This document shows positions 1 through 13,362 of a stretch of 64,000 bases of DNA, in pieces. The stretch's first letter is position 1, and every line of letters begins with the position of its first letter. The notes under the pieces were generated by a model. It did not search any database. It saw only the letters and a program-made list of their open reading frames with translations, and was not told the DNA's origin. The position numbers and the translations under genes are program-made. The stretch comes from an uncultured Actinomycetes bacterium (lineage in GTDB: Bacteria > Actinomycetota > Acidimicrobiia > IMCC26256 > PALSA-610): assembly GCA_963708105.1 (NCBI GenBank), contig OY970186.1, positions 751,790 to 815,789 on the forward strand, read 5' to 3'.

Positions 1-38
1 GGGCGCCCGCGAATGCCCCAAGGAAATACGCCGCGAAA

Positions 39-2985
<2,947 letters not shown>

Positions 2986-3024
2986 ACGCGCCGAGGCTAC
3001 CGGCCGAGGGTCGCCGGACCGGGC

Positions 3025-3033
3025 TGGTATCTT
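3025..3033 (+). promoter_or_regulatory. Extended -10 element (TGGTATCTT) for tRNA-Ala
   Basis: TGn-TAnnnT about 11 nt before the tRNA 5' end. Confidence 0.55.
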
Positions 3034-3044
3034 GGCTGACCCAC

Positions 3045-3120
<76 letters not shown>

Positions 3121-3131
3121 TTTCGGTTCTT

Positions 3132-3172
3132 CAAACCCTGGCCCGACGACAGTCGGCCAGGGTTTGTTTTTT
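3132..3172 (+). terminator. Intrinsic terminator after tRNA-Ala
   Basis: CAAACCCTGGCCCGAC-GACA-GTCGGCCAGGGTTTG hairpin (one bulge) followed by TTTTTT. Confidence 0.9.
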
Positions 3173-3252
3173 GCCCGGTCCGCGTCGTCGGGCCGGACAA
3201 CGGGCCGCGAGCGCGACGGTGGGCGGGACCGGGGCGGATCTATCCTTTGGTC

Positions 3253-3612
3253 GTGCTCGGCCGGGTCCTCGCTCTCGTATGCGCAGGACTCGTCGTGTTC
3301 GTCTTCGTGAGCGGCGCGGGGTCGGCAACGGTAGCGGCGGCCGGCTGTGCCCATCCCTGCGGCGCCGGATCGCAAACGCTTGGCCAAACCGAACGACCGG
3401 CATCGAATCCATGCATCCGTGATGCCGGGTGTGGCGGAGGCGCGGCGCTGGGCTCGAGCATCAGTGTCGCGGCCGCGGTGCTGGTTGCCGTCGGTTCGGC
3501 GGCCTTGGGACTCGGCGTGTGGCGGCGGCGACGGGTGCTGACTCGCTCGTCGTTGGACCGTCTGCTCGCGGGCGGATTGTTCCGCCCACCGCGCGTTCTC
3601 TTCGACGTCTGA
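3253..3612 (+). CDS. Small Cys-rich membrane/secreted protein ending [11 protein letters not shown] (possible DUF2946-like leader)
   Basis: N-terminal hydrophobic segment, CAHPC and NPCIRDAGC, second hydrophobic segment; TATCCT 6 nt before GTG 3253. Confidence 0.6.
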   Translation: MLGRVLALVCAGLVVFVFVSGAGSATVAAAGCAHPCGAGSQTLGQTERPASNPCIRDAGCGGGAALGSSISVAAAVLVAVGSAALGLGVWRRRRVLTRSSLDRLLAGGLFRPPRVLFDV

Positions 3613-3683
3613 TCGCCGCGCGCCGCGCGGCGTGAGAGCGGGTCGGCCGCGTGCCGGCTCCCGCGTCGAGGAGAGCGATCCCT

Positions 3684-4307
3684 TTGAGTACTGCCCAGGT
3701 CTCGGTGTTCTTCGCGCTGTTGGCGCTGGCCTGTTGGGGAGCAACGATCACCGTCGTCGGCCTCGCCGTCTTCAATCGCCGGCGGCGGGATCGAGCGATG
3801 TTGTCGCTGTTCGACGATGTCCGGCGGATCGGTTTGTGGCTGGCATGGCTCGTCGCGTTGGTGACGACGCTCGGCAGCCTCTACTACTCCGAGGTCGCGC
3901 ACTTCACCCCCTGCAAGTTGTGCTGGTACCAACGCATCGCGATGTACCCGCTCGTGATCGTCCTGTTGGTCGCGGCGTTGCGTCGTGATCGAGGGATCGC
4001 GTGGTACGTCGTGCCGGTCGCGACGATCGGGGCGCTTTTTGCGGTGTACCAAACCCAACTGCAGGCTTTTCCCCATCAACATTCTTCGTTCTGCACGCTG
4101 ACGGAACCCTGCACCGTTCGCTACGTGTGGGAGTTCGGTTTCGTCTCCCTGCCCTTCATGGCGCTGAGCGCGTTCGTGTTCATCATCACGATGACCATCG
4201 TCGCCGCGTCATCCGAGTCCTTCAGGAGCAATCGTGAACAAGCAACAGCAAGCATCCCGAACCCGCCCGCAACCGCGGCGCGCGACGCCGAGCCGGCGCG
4301 CGGGTAG
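3684..4307 (+). CDS. dsbB: Disulfide bond formation protein, DsbB/BdbC family
   Basis: [15 protein letters not shown] and second Cys pair [10 protein letters not shown] helices; GAGGAG before TTG 3684. Confidence 0.9.
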   Translation: MSTAQVSVFFALLALACWGATITVVGLAVFNRRRRDRAMLSLFDDVRRIGLWLAWLVALVTTLGSLYYSEVAHFTPCKLCWYQRIAMYPLVIVLLVAALRRDRGIAWYVVPVATIGALFAVYQTQLQAFPHQHSSFCTLTEPCTVRYVWEFGFVSLPFMALSAFVFIITMTIVAASSESFRSNREQATASIPNPPATAARDAEPARG

Positions 4308-5130
4308 GCGGCGACGGGTCGAGAGAACGAGAACGCCTTGGATCGCCGCCGGACTGGTCATCGTGATCGGTATCGCCGCGATCGTGGCGTTCGGATCGGG
4401 GTCTCAAACCGCGGCGAGTGACCAACTCGCTCCCGCGGCGCTCGTGACGAAGACCATGTCGGTACCAACGCAAGCGTTCGCCGCCGTCGGTGCCGGGACC
4501 GCGAATCCGGCACCTTCGCCGATCACCGCGCCCGCGCTCACACAAAACGGCAAGCCCGAGATTCTGTACATCGGTGCCGAATACTGTCCGTACTCCGCGA
4601 CGGAACGTTGGCCGATGGTCATCGCGCTCTCCCGCTTCGGCACCTTCACCAATCTGAAGACGACCCATTCCTCCGGCACCGACGTGTTCCCGAACACGCA
4701 GACGTTCTCGTTTCACGGCGCGTCGTATCAGAGTCGATGGATCTCGTTCACCGGCGTCGAAACGCAGAGCAACCAACAGCAAGGCGACGGCTACGCAACC
4801 CTTGACACGCCGACCGGCGCGCAGCAACAGATACTTGCGACCTACGACCGAGCTCCGTATCTGGGCACCTCGGCGTCGAGCAGCGGCATTCCCTTCATCG
4901 ACTTCGGTGGCAAGTTCGTCTCCGGCGGCGCCACCTATGACCCGTCAGTACTGCAAGGCAAGACGGCGGACCAGATCGCGACCGCGCTCTCCGACCCGAC
5001 GAGTGCCATCGCCCAAGGTGCCCTCGGCGCGGCCAACACGTTCACCGCCACGATCTGTTCCCTGACCAACAACCAGCCCGCGGCCGTATGCGCGACTCCG
5101 ACGATCGCCAAGATCGAGGCGTCACGATGA
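4234..5130 (+). CDS. Membrane-anchored thioredoxin-like protein, DUF929 family
   Basis: GKPEILYIGAEYCPYSATERWP..ALSRFGTF, GIPFIDFGGK, C-terminal IC..TNNQPAAVC; N-terminal basic stretch plus TM. Confidence 0.8.
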   Translation: MNKQQQASRTRPQPRRATPSRRAGRRRRVERTRTPWIAAGLVIVIGIAAIVAFGSGSQTAASDQLAPAALVTKTMSVPTQAFAAVGAGTANPAPSPITAPALTQNGKPEILYIGAEYCPYSATERWPMVIALSRFGTFTNLKTTHSSGTDVFPNTQTFSFHGASYQSRWISFTGVETQSNQQQGDGYATLDTPTGAQQQILATYDRAPYLGTSASSSGIPFIDFGGKFVSGGATYDPSVLQGKTADQIATALSDPTSAIAQGALGAANTFTATICSLTNNQPAAVCATPTIAKIEASR

Positions 5131-5146
5131 ACCGGCGACGACAACC

Positions 5147-5821
5147 TCAGAGCGTCGGCAGGCGCGCCAGATGCACCGCGCCGTACGTGAGGAAGACCGC
5201 GGCCATGACGAGAACGGTCAGGCGCATCGGATACCACTTGAAGCGCATGGAGATCCCGGCGAAGAAGAGCACCGCCGCGAAGAACACTGTGCCGAAGATG
5301 TAGGAGTCGGCGTGCTCCGTTGCGTCCTTCGCCTCGTCGAACTTGACGTCGCCTTGCTTTTCGAGCTGGTCGGCCTTCTCGAGGTTCGCCAGCTTGTACT
5401 GCGGCATGAGCAGCGGGCTCGCAATCGCCTTCGGGTCGTTGATGGGATCGTTGGCCCGCCACGCCTCGAAGGCGGGAACGAACTCGGGACGGAAGCGACG
5501 CACATAGAGCTGGGCCAACTTCGTATTGCCGTCGGTTGTGACCTCGAGCCACCGATTGAAGTTCAGTAGGTCCTGGATGCGCTGTTGGCCGCCGAGGGTC
5601 GCGGCTTGATTCGCGAGCGCCCGCGCGGTGCTCGCCTCGCCGTAGTGGCGGGCCTGCTCTCCGCTCCACTTCGCCGCCTGATAGCCGCTCCAGGCGATGC
5701 ACACCGTCGCGATCGACAACAAGAGCACTGCGGCGAACTCCAGAGTGCGTTCGCGGCGCGAGACGGCGTGCGACTCTTCGGTGATCTCGTGCGGGGCGTG
5801 GATGTGAACCGATTCAGGCAT
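5147..5821 (-). CDS. Hypothetical membrane protein (3 predicted TM)
   Basis: 224-aa ORF with one N-terminal and two C-terminal hydrophobic helices. Confidence 0.7.
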   Translation of the reverse strand: MPESVHIHAPHEITEESHAVSRRERTLEFAAVLLLSIATVCIAWSGYQAAKWSGEQARHYGEASTARALANQAATLGGQQRIQDLLNFNRWLEVTTDGNTKLAQLYVRRFRPEFVPAFEAWRANDPINDPKAIASPLLMPQYKLANLEKADQLEKQGDVKFDEAKDATEHADSYIFGTVFFAAVLFFAGISMRFKWYPMRLTVLVMAAVFLTYGAVHLARLPTL

Positions 5822-5865
5822 AGTTCGGAAATGATGTCAGTTCGCGCACGAGTGTGTGGTGTTGA

Positions 5866-6885
5866 TCACGCGCGGTTCTCGGTCGCGCCTTCGCCCGCAA
5901 GCAGGCTCTTCTGGTCGAGTACGTACAGGAGCGCGAGCGCGGGAACGATCGTCACCGCGGCAAGCCCGAACACGACGAGCACCGCTTCGAGCGTCCCCGA
6001 CGGCCCCGCCGCCTGCGAAACCTTCAGCGATTCGGGGAGCATGTACGGCCATTGCGCTACTCCCCAGCCGATCACCACCGCCGCGACGGCTCCGATGGAA
6101 AAGAGTCGCGCCCAAGCGGCGGAGCCGCGCAGCAGCAGACCGAGGGAAGCGAGACCGCAGATCGCGGAGATGATCACGAGTGGTAGCGCACGCGACGTGA
6201 GGCCGTCGAAGAGGTATTTCGCGTCGGAGTGGAACACGAAGATCCCGACGAACGCGATGACACCGGATACGACCGCCGCCCCGATGGCGCGCCGACGGAA
6301 GTATTCGCTGAGGTCGTGATCGTCGAGGCGATGCGCGTCCCAGACGAGATACACCGCCGACAGGTACGCACACACGGCTATCGCGAGCAGTCCACCGACC
6401 ACCGACGTCGGGTTGATCCAACTGGACCAGAGGTCGCCGGCCTTCCCGCCCGACGGAACCCGCCCCGACACGATCGCGCCCGCGACTGCGCCCATGCAGA
6501 ACGGGACGATGACCGACGACAGCGCGAACGCGGCGCCGAAGTTGCGGCGATCACGGGTTCGGGTGACGGCCTTTCGGAACGCGAAGCTCGAACCCCGCAA
6601 CACGATCCCGAGCGCGGCGAGGGTCAACGGGACGAACAGCGTGAGCGTGATCGATGCGAACGCTTCGGAGAACGCGGTCCACAACACGACGAGGCAGAAG
6701 ATCAGCCACACGTGGTTCGCTTCCCACACCGGACCGATCGAATGATCGACGAGAGCGCGCGGCCGTTCGCCGCGCTCCGAACCGCCGGCCACGAGGTCCC
6801 AGATGCCGGCCCCGAAGTCGGCGCCGCCGAACAAGGCGTAGGCCGTGACCCCGAAGAACAACACCACCGCGGTTGCGTTGATCAT
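5866..6885 (-). CDS. cydB: Cytochrome bd ubiquinol oxidase subunit II
   Basis: GGADFGAGIWD, IGPVWEANHVWLI; ATGA overlap with cydA. Confidence 0.95.
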   Translation of the reverse strand: MINATAVVLFFGVTAYALFGGADFGAGIWDLVAGGSERGERPRALVDHSIGPVWEANHVWLIFCLVVLWTAFSEAFASITLTLFVPLTLAALGIVLRGSSFAFRKAVTRTRDRRNFGAAFALSSVIVPFCMGAVAGAIVSGRVPSGGKAGDLWSSWINPTSVVGGLLAIAVCAYLSAVYLVWDAHRLDDHDLSEYFRRRAIGAAVVSGVIAFVGIFVFHSDAKYLFDGLTSRALPLVIISAICGLASLGLLLRGSAAWARLFSIGAVAAVVIGWGVAQWPYMLPESLKVSQAAGPSGTLEAVLVVFGLAAVTIVPALALLYVLDQKSLLAGEGATENRA

Positions 6886-8336
6886 CCGACGGGCACCCGC
6901 GGCGACGCGTCGTCGGCGAGAATGCCGGGATCGCTCGGTCCGTACGGGACCTCCGACTCAGAGATGTCGCCGTCGCGCCAGCGCCGACTCATCCCGCGCA
7001 ACACGAGAATCGTTGTCGCCCCGACCACGGCGTAGATCCCGATGACGATGAGGAAGACGAGCCACACGCCTCCGTTCGTCGTCGCGGCGTCGGTGACCGT
7101 CATGTAGTTGTGCACGATCCAAGGCTGGCGGCCGACTTCGGTGACGACCCAACCGGCTTCCATCGTGATTACGGCGAGCACACCGGTACACGCCGCGATC
7201 CGCAAGAACCACTTCGTCTTCGGGTAATCGCGCTTGAACAGCCAGCTCAGTCCGTACCACGCCGACAGCAACGCGAGCAGTGTGCCGAGTCCGACCATGA
7301 TGTCCCAGGCGAGGTGGACGACATTGGCCTGCGCGATCGTCGGCCCATTCGCAACCGGACTCACTGCCGCGGCACCGTTCGCACCGAGCGCCGGGTTCGC
7401 CACCCGCCCCAGCACGATCGTGTTCTTTCCGGTCCTGGGGTCGGAGAGCCACGACGCGAGATCGGGGATCCGGATCCCGCCGGTCACGGTGCCGTTCGAG
7501 TTCATGTGGCCGAACAGCGTTTCCGGCACGTCGTTGCTCGTCTTCGGTACCAACTCGATCGCCGCGAATTTGGCCGGCTCTTCGTTGTAGACGAACCGGG
7601 CGAGCGAATCGCCGACACCCATCTGAATGGGCGTCATGATCGCCGCGACCGTGAAGGGGATGATGAAACCCAGGCGGTGATATCGATCGCGCCGGCCCCG
7701 CAACATGCCCATCGCGTAGACGGACGCGATCAGGAAGCCTCCCACCACGTACGCGGCCACGAGCATGTGCGCGGCCTCGTACGGGAAGGCCTTGTTGAAG
7801 ATCACCTTCCACGGATCGACGTTGACGATCTTCCCCGCACTGTTGAGAGTGAAGCCTTGCGGCTCGTTCATCCAGGCGTTGGCGGCGACGACGGATACCG
7901 CGCCGCCGATTCCGGCCACCACGATCGGCACGCCGGTCCAGAAATGCGCCCATGGCTTCAAGCGTCGCCAGCCGTAGATGTAGATCGCGACGAAGATCGC
8001 CTCCGTGAAGAAGAACAACCCCTCGATCGTGAACGGGATACCGAACGCCGCGCCAAAACGCCCCATGAACGTCGGCCACAGCAGCCCGAACTCGAACGTC
8101 AGCACCGTTCCCGTGACTGCGCCTACCGCGAAGGTCACGGCCATGTACTTCGACCAACGCTGCGCGAGCTGCAACGCCGCCGCGTCGTCGTGTTTCACCG
8201 CTCGATAGTTCGCAATCAGCGTCATGAACGCCCACGAAACGCCGAGCGGGACCAAGATGATGTGGAAGCCGAGCGTGAACGCCATCTGCGAACGCGCCCA
8301 CTTCACCGAGTCGACCGCGAGGATCGCCGAGTTCAT
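6882..8336 (-). CDS. cydA: Cytochrome bd ubiquinol oxidase subunit I
   Basis: AFTLGFHII, GTVLTFEFGLLWP, EGLFFFTE, PAKFAAIE, EAGWVVTEVGRQPW. Confidence 0.95.
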   Translation of the reverse strand: MNSAILAVDSVKWARSQMAFTLGFHIILVPLGVSWAFMTLIANYRAVKHDDAAALQLAQRWSKYMAVTFAVGAVTGTVLTFEFGLLWPTFMGRFGAAFGIPFTIEGLFFFTEAIFVAIYIYGWRRLKPWAHFWTGVPIVVAGIGGAVSVVAANAWMNEPQGFTLNSAGKIVNVDPWKVIFNKAFPYEAAHMLVAAYVVGGFLIASVYAMGMLRGRRDRYHRLGFIIPFTVAAIMTPIQMGVGDSLARFVYNEEPAKFAAIELVPKTSNDVPETLFGHMNSNGTVTGGIRIPDLASWLSDPRTGKNTIVLGRVANPALGANGAAAVSPVANGPTIAQANVVHLAWDIMVGLGTLLALLSAWYGLSWLFKRDYPKTKWFLRIAACTGVLAVITMEAGWVVTEVGRQPWIVHNYMTVTDAATTNGGVWLVFLIVIGIYAVVGATTILVLRGMSRRWRDGDISESEVPYGPSDPGILADDASPRVPVG

Positions 8337-8372
8337 CTGGTTCCAGTTCGCGTCACCCGGTGTCCACTCGAG

Positions 8373-10256
8373 TCAGTATTCGGCCACGAGCTCGGGGAGC
8401 ATGATGCGGGCCGCGGCCTCCAACAGTGCGAGATGTGAGAACGCTTGGGGGAAGTTTCCGAGATGCCGACCGGTGTCAGCGTCGAACTCCTCTGCGTACA
8501 GGCCGAGCGGCGACGCGATGCGTAACAGTTTCTCCATGAGGTCACGCGCCGACTGGAGGTCGCCGACAATCGCCAGGGCTGACACCAACCAGAACGAGCA
8601 GATCAGGAACGTGCCCTCCTTGCCCGAGAGGCCGTCGTCGGTTTCCCCGGTGCGATAGCGCAGAACGAAGCCGTTCTCCGTGAGATCGTTCGCGATCGCC
8701 GCGACAGTTGCGCGCAGTCGGGGATCGTCACCGGGCAAGAACCCGAAGATCGCGACGAGCAGCACGGACGCATCCAGCGAATCGGTTTCGTAGTGCTGGC
8801 GGAACACTCCGGCCTCGCTGACGCCGTGTTCCAGGATGTCGCTGCGGATCTCGTCGGCGACCGCGCGCCATTTTGCTGCGAGCGCGTCGTCGCCCCGGAG
8901 CCCGGCGAGCTTCTCCGCCCGGTCGAGCGCCACCCAACACATGAGCTTCGATGACACGTAATGCCGCGGGTCGCCGCGCGCCTCCCAAATGCCTTGGTCG
9001 GCGTCGCGCCACACCTTCGTCGCGCATTCGGCCTGTGATTCCACGATGGGCCACAGTCCGCGGGGTAGGCGTTTGGCGCGTTTCGTGTGCAGGTGGATCG
9101 AGTCGAGCACGGCGCCGAACACGTCGTTCTGGCGCTGGTCGAACGCGCCGTTGCCGATCCGGACCGGACGCGCGCCCGCGTAGCCCGAGAGGTCATCGCG
9201 CGTGCTCTCCGTGAGATCACGGCGACCGTCGATGCCGTACATGATCTGCAGCGAGCCGTCCTCGGTCGCCTCAACATCGGCGATGAACTGCATGAACTCG
9301 TCGGCTTCCCAATCGAGGTTGAGCCAGTGCAGCGCCTGGAGCGTGAACGTGGTGTCACGGATCCAGGTGTAGCGGTAGTCCCAGTTGCGCTCCCCGCCCG
9401 GCGTCTCGGGCAGCGAGGTGGTGAGCGCGGCGACAGTCGCGCCCGTGGGCATGTACGTGAGCCCTTTGATCACGAGCGCCGAACGTTGGATCGGGTCGCG
9501 GAAGCGATGGTCGGGTATCCGGGCGCGACCCAACCACGATCGCCAGAACCGCATGGTGTTGGCGATCCGCATCGCCGCGTCGTCAGCGTCGGTCGGGCCC
9601 GCGAATTCTTCCGCCCACGACAACGAGCAGAATCGCGCGTTCACCCGCCTCGAGCACGTGTCGCCCTCGCACCCGGCCGCCCTCGATGCCGAGCGCGAGA
9701 TCCGTGTGCAGCCGGATCGTCACGCCCGCGCCGGTCGCGTCGGCGGTGTGACGGTCACCGTCGACAAGGGTCCACTCGGCGGTCTCGCGTCCGTAGTCGA
9801 AGGCCGGCTCGCAGACGAGCTCCATCTCGACTCGACCTTCCACGCACTCGACGGTGCGCACGAGTGTGTGCTCGCCATCGTCGTCGGCCGGCGGGCGGGT
9901 GTGCGGCGTGATCTTGTCTTCGTGGTCCCAGGGCCCAAGCGTGAGCGCGTCGCGCACGACCACCCAACCGGACGGCACCTTCCACGTGGTCACGAGCACG
10001 TTCGTGCCCGGCTCGTAGCGCGCGCGGTGGGGTGGTTGATGCCGAACGGACCGAAGCGGAAGAAGCCGCCTTGGCGGTCAAGGAGCGCGCCGAAGACGCT
10101 CGGCGCGTCGAACCGCGGCACGCAGAGCCAGTCGATCGCGCCGTCGGGCGCCACGAGTGCGCCCGTGTGGCAGTCGGACAAGAACGCGTAGTCGGCGATA
10201 GGCGTGAACGGCGAGGGCGCCGCCGCGCTTTGGCCGTCGCCGGTAGCCGGCTCCAC
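8373..10256 (-). CDS. Glycoside hydrolase family 15 (trehalase/glucoamylase-like); two apparent frameshifts (~9640, ~10020)
   Basis: [54 protein letters not shown]; GGAGG before GTG 10256. Confidence 0.9.
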
Positions 10257-11663
10257 TACTTCCCCTCCGTTGTCGAATCGATCCACGGCTCGTGCCACCG
10301 GCCGTGCCCGGCGACGAGATGGTCGGCGGCCGGCGGCCCCCACGAACCCGGCGCGTACGGCTGCACCGGCGGCGGCGCGTCGAGCAGCGGCTGCATGATG
10401 CGCCAGGTCTCCTCCACGCCGTCCTGACGCGTGAAGCGCGTGCTCTGGCCGTTCATGGCCGCGTCGAGGAGCACTTCGTACGGCGTCGCGCCCTCACCGC
10501 CTTCCTCGGAGAACAACATGTCGAGGTGGATCTCCTCGGCCCGCACGCCACTGGCCTTCCGGGCCTCGAGCTGGAACTTGATGCCCGTCGACGGGTCGAG
10601 CCGCACCACGAGCTGGTTGGCATCGGCATCCGGGTCGCGTAGTTCGAAGCCGAGCCGCGGTGGCTTCTTGAACACGAGCCGCAGCTCGGTCTGGGTGACG
10701 GGCAGCAACTTGCCCGTGCGAATGAAGAACGGAACTCCGGACCAGCGGTAGTTGTCGATCTCGAGCCGAAGCGCGGCGTAGGTCTCGGTGGTCGAGTCGG
10801 GCGCGACACCCTTGATGTCGAGATAGCCCTCGTGTTGGCCGCGTACATAGTGCGCGGGGTCGGCTTCGAGCGTCGCGCGGAACGCCGCGGTCTGGGCGTC
10901 CTTGATCGTCGCGGGATCGCCCCCGGCGGGCGCTTCCATCGCCGCGGCCGACACGACCTGCATGAGATGGTTGACGACCACGTCTCGCAGCGCCCCGACC
11001 GGGTCGTAGAAGTGGCCGCGATCCGCGACACCGAAGCTCTCCGCCATCGTGATCTGCACGGACTCGATGTGGTTGCGGTTCCACACCGGCTCCAGCATCG
11101 TGTTCGCGAACCGAAGGTAGAGAATCTCCTCGAGCCCCATCTTGCCGAGGTAGTGGTCGATGCGGAACAGCTGCGACTCGTCGATGTACTGGTGTAGCTC
11201 GTCGGCCAGCGCATGCGCCGACTCGCGGTCGTGGCCGAACGGCTTCTCCACGACCACCGCGCGGTCTTCGTGAGCCCGGCGTCGAACAACCCCTTCACCA
11301 CCGTGCCGAAAAGGAACGGCGGTACCTCGAGGTAGAACACCGGACGCTCGGCGTCTTTGATCTCGGTGGCGATGCGTTCGTAGGTACCGGCATCGGCGAA
11401 GTCGCCCTGCACATACGACAACCGCGCCGCGAACCGATCGAAGACGGCCGGATCCAGTTGCTCGCCGGTCGCGATGATCGACCCCGCGAGCTCGTTCGAC
11501 GAGCTGCTCGACGGTCCAGTCGTCGACGGCCACACCCACGATCGCGCGTGTCGAGGAGTTTGCGGCGCTCGAGACGGTACAACGACCTGAAGGTCATGAC
11601 TCGGGCGAGGTCGCCCGTGATCCCGAAGATCACGAACACGTCGCCGCGTTGGGGAGCGTCCAT
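10256..11663 (-). CDS. zwf: Glucose-6-phosphate 1-dehydrogenase; apparent frameshifts near 11260-11550
   Basis: [34 protein letters not shown]; TGATG-coupled to GMC gene. Confidence 0.92.
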
Positions 11664-13246
11664 CAGGATCCCAATCGTTCGAGGATGCGGTCACCGACGC
11701 GCAGCGCGTTGGCGATGATCGTGAGGGTTGGATTGACGGCGCCGATCGACACGAAGAATCCCGAGTCGACGACGTAGAGGTTGTCGAGCTCGTGGGCGCG
11801 GCAGTCGAGGTCGAGCACCGATGTCGCGGGGTCGGAGCCGAAGCGCACGGTGCCGGCTTGATGCGCGGTCGCGGCGATGTCCATACCCATGTAGAGGTAC
11901 ACGTTGCGGTGATGGGTCTGTTCGTGCATCCCGAGGTCACTGAGCATCGAATCGAACCGCTTGCGCAGGCGCTTCAGTCCTTCGATGTTGTTGTTCGGGT
12001 CGAGCGTCAGCCGCACCTGGCCGTTGTCGATCGTCACCCGGTTCTCGGGACGCGGCAGGTCCTCGGAGCTGAGCCAGAAGTCGACCGCGTGGAGCGCAAC
12101 CATCTCGAGCGACGCGCCCGGCGTGAGCTTCGCCCCCCACTTGGCCCAGTGCGGCGCCTTACCCCGCAGCATCTCGCCGTCGCTCTTGCCGAGCATCTGG
12201 ATCGCACCCATCGGGAACTCCCAGTCGTCACTCGCGTGGTACCAGTCGCTGAGTGCGAGCGTCTTCTGCAGACGCGTGGGATTCGGCTCCTTCGAGAGGG
12301 CCATGAGTGCCAGGTTGTTGTGCCGCACGTAGTTGCGACCTACCTGGTCGGAGCCGTTGGCGAGTCCGTTCGGGTGCCGTTCGTTGGCGGAACGCAGCAG
12401 GAGCAGCGCGGAGTTGAGTGCTCCGCACGCCACCACGACCACATCGCCCGACACGCGCTGCTCGGTGCCGTCGCTCATCGTGATGACCACAGCATTGATC
12501 TGCCGTCCCGATGCGTCGGTTTCGAGGCGCTCGACATGTGCGTTCGTGATGAGGTCGACGTTCGAGTGTTCGAGCGCCGGGTCCACGCACACGGTCTGCG
12601 CGTCGGCCTTGCCTCCGACCAGACACGGAAAACCGTCGACCCGATCGCAGCGGATGCACGCGCTCGAGTGAAGCGCGTCGCCGTTCGCGTCCTGATCGAG
12701 CATCACGCCGAGCGGGAGGTGCGAAGGGTGGTGCCCGAGCTTGTCGAGATCGTCGTGCAGCTGCTGGATGCGCGGCTCGTGTTGCACTTCGGGATAGGGA
12801 TACGGGCCGCTGCGCGCGCCTTCGGTCGGATCCTCCCCCGCTTTCCCGTGGACGTGATACAGGGCCTCGGCCTGTGCATACCAGGGCTCGAAATCGTCGT
12901 ACGTCAGCGGCCACGCGGGCGAGATGCCACCGTGATGACGGACTTCACCGAAGTCCTCGGGCCGCAACCGGAACAGCGCCGCGCCGTAGAACTTCGTGTT
13001 GCCGCCGACGTAGTAGTTCTGCTCGGGAGTGAACTCCTTGTCGTCGCCGTCGACCCACTGCTCGGTGGTCGTGTACTTCGCGCGCGTGAACACCGAGACG
13101 GTGTCCCAGTTGTCGCGCTCCCACGGCAGATAGTCCCCGCGCTCCAGGAGCAGTATCCGCTTCCCCGACGGTGCCAGCTTCCACGCCAGCGTGCCGCCGC
13201 CCGCTCCACTCCCGATGATCACAACGTCGTAGTGCTGTTCGGGCAT
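11663..13246 (-). CDS. GMC family FAD oxidoreductase
   Basis: DVVIIGSGAGGG, YYVGGNTKFYGA, CIRCDRVDGFPC, AHQAGT, NPTLTIIANALRV. Confidence 0.92.
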   Translation of the reverse strand: MPEQHYDVVIIGSGAGGGTLAWKLAPSGKRILLLERGDYLPWERDNWDTVSVFTRAKYTTTEQWVDGDDKEFTPEQNYYVGGNTKFYGAALFRLRPEDFGEVRHHGGISPAWPLTYDDFEPWYAQAEALYHVHGKAGEDPTEGARSGPYPYPEVQHEPRIQQLHDDLDKLGHHPSHLPLGVMLDQDANGDALHSSACIRCDRVDGFPCLVGGKADAQTVCVDPALEHSNVDLITNAHVERLETDASGRQINAVVITMSDGTEQRVSGDVVVVACGALNSALLLLRSANERHPNGLANGSDQVGRNYVRHNNLALMALSKEPNPTRLQKTLALSDWYHASDDWEFPMGAIQMLGKSDGEMLRGKAPHWAKWGAKLTPGASLEMVALHAVDFWLSSEDLPRPENRVTIDNGQVRLTLDPNNNIEGLKRLRKRFDSMLSDLGMHEQTHHRNVYLYMGMDIAATAHQAGTVRFGSDPATSVLDLDCRAHELDNLYVVDSGFFVSIGAVNPTLTIIANALRVGDRILERLGS

Positions 13247-13281
13247 ATCAACGATCGTCTGGGAGTGGCGTTCGGTCCGCA

Positions 13282-13298
13282 TCACCTGGCCGGGGTGA
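13282..13298. promoter_or_regulatory. Palindromic site TCACCT-GGCCG-GGGTGA between divergent GMC and ndh promoters
   Basis: Inverted repeat with -10-like hexamers 22 nt away on both sides. Confidence 0.7.
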
Positions 13299-13362
13299 TC
13301 ACAAAGGCGGAACCTCCAAATACCCTCGCAACTGGTAGAAGCCCTGCTAGCCGGCGGTTCCA

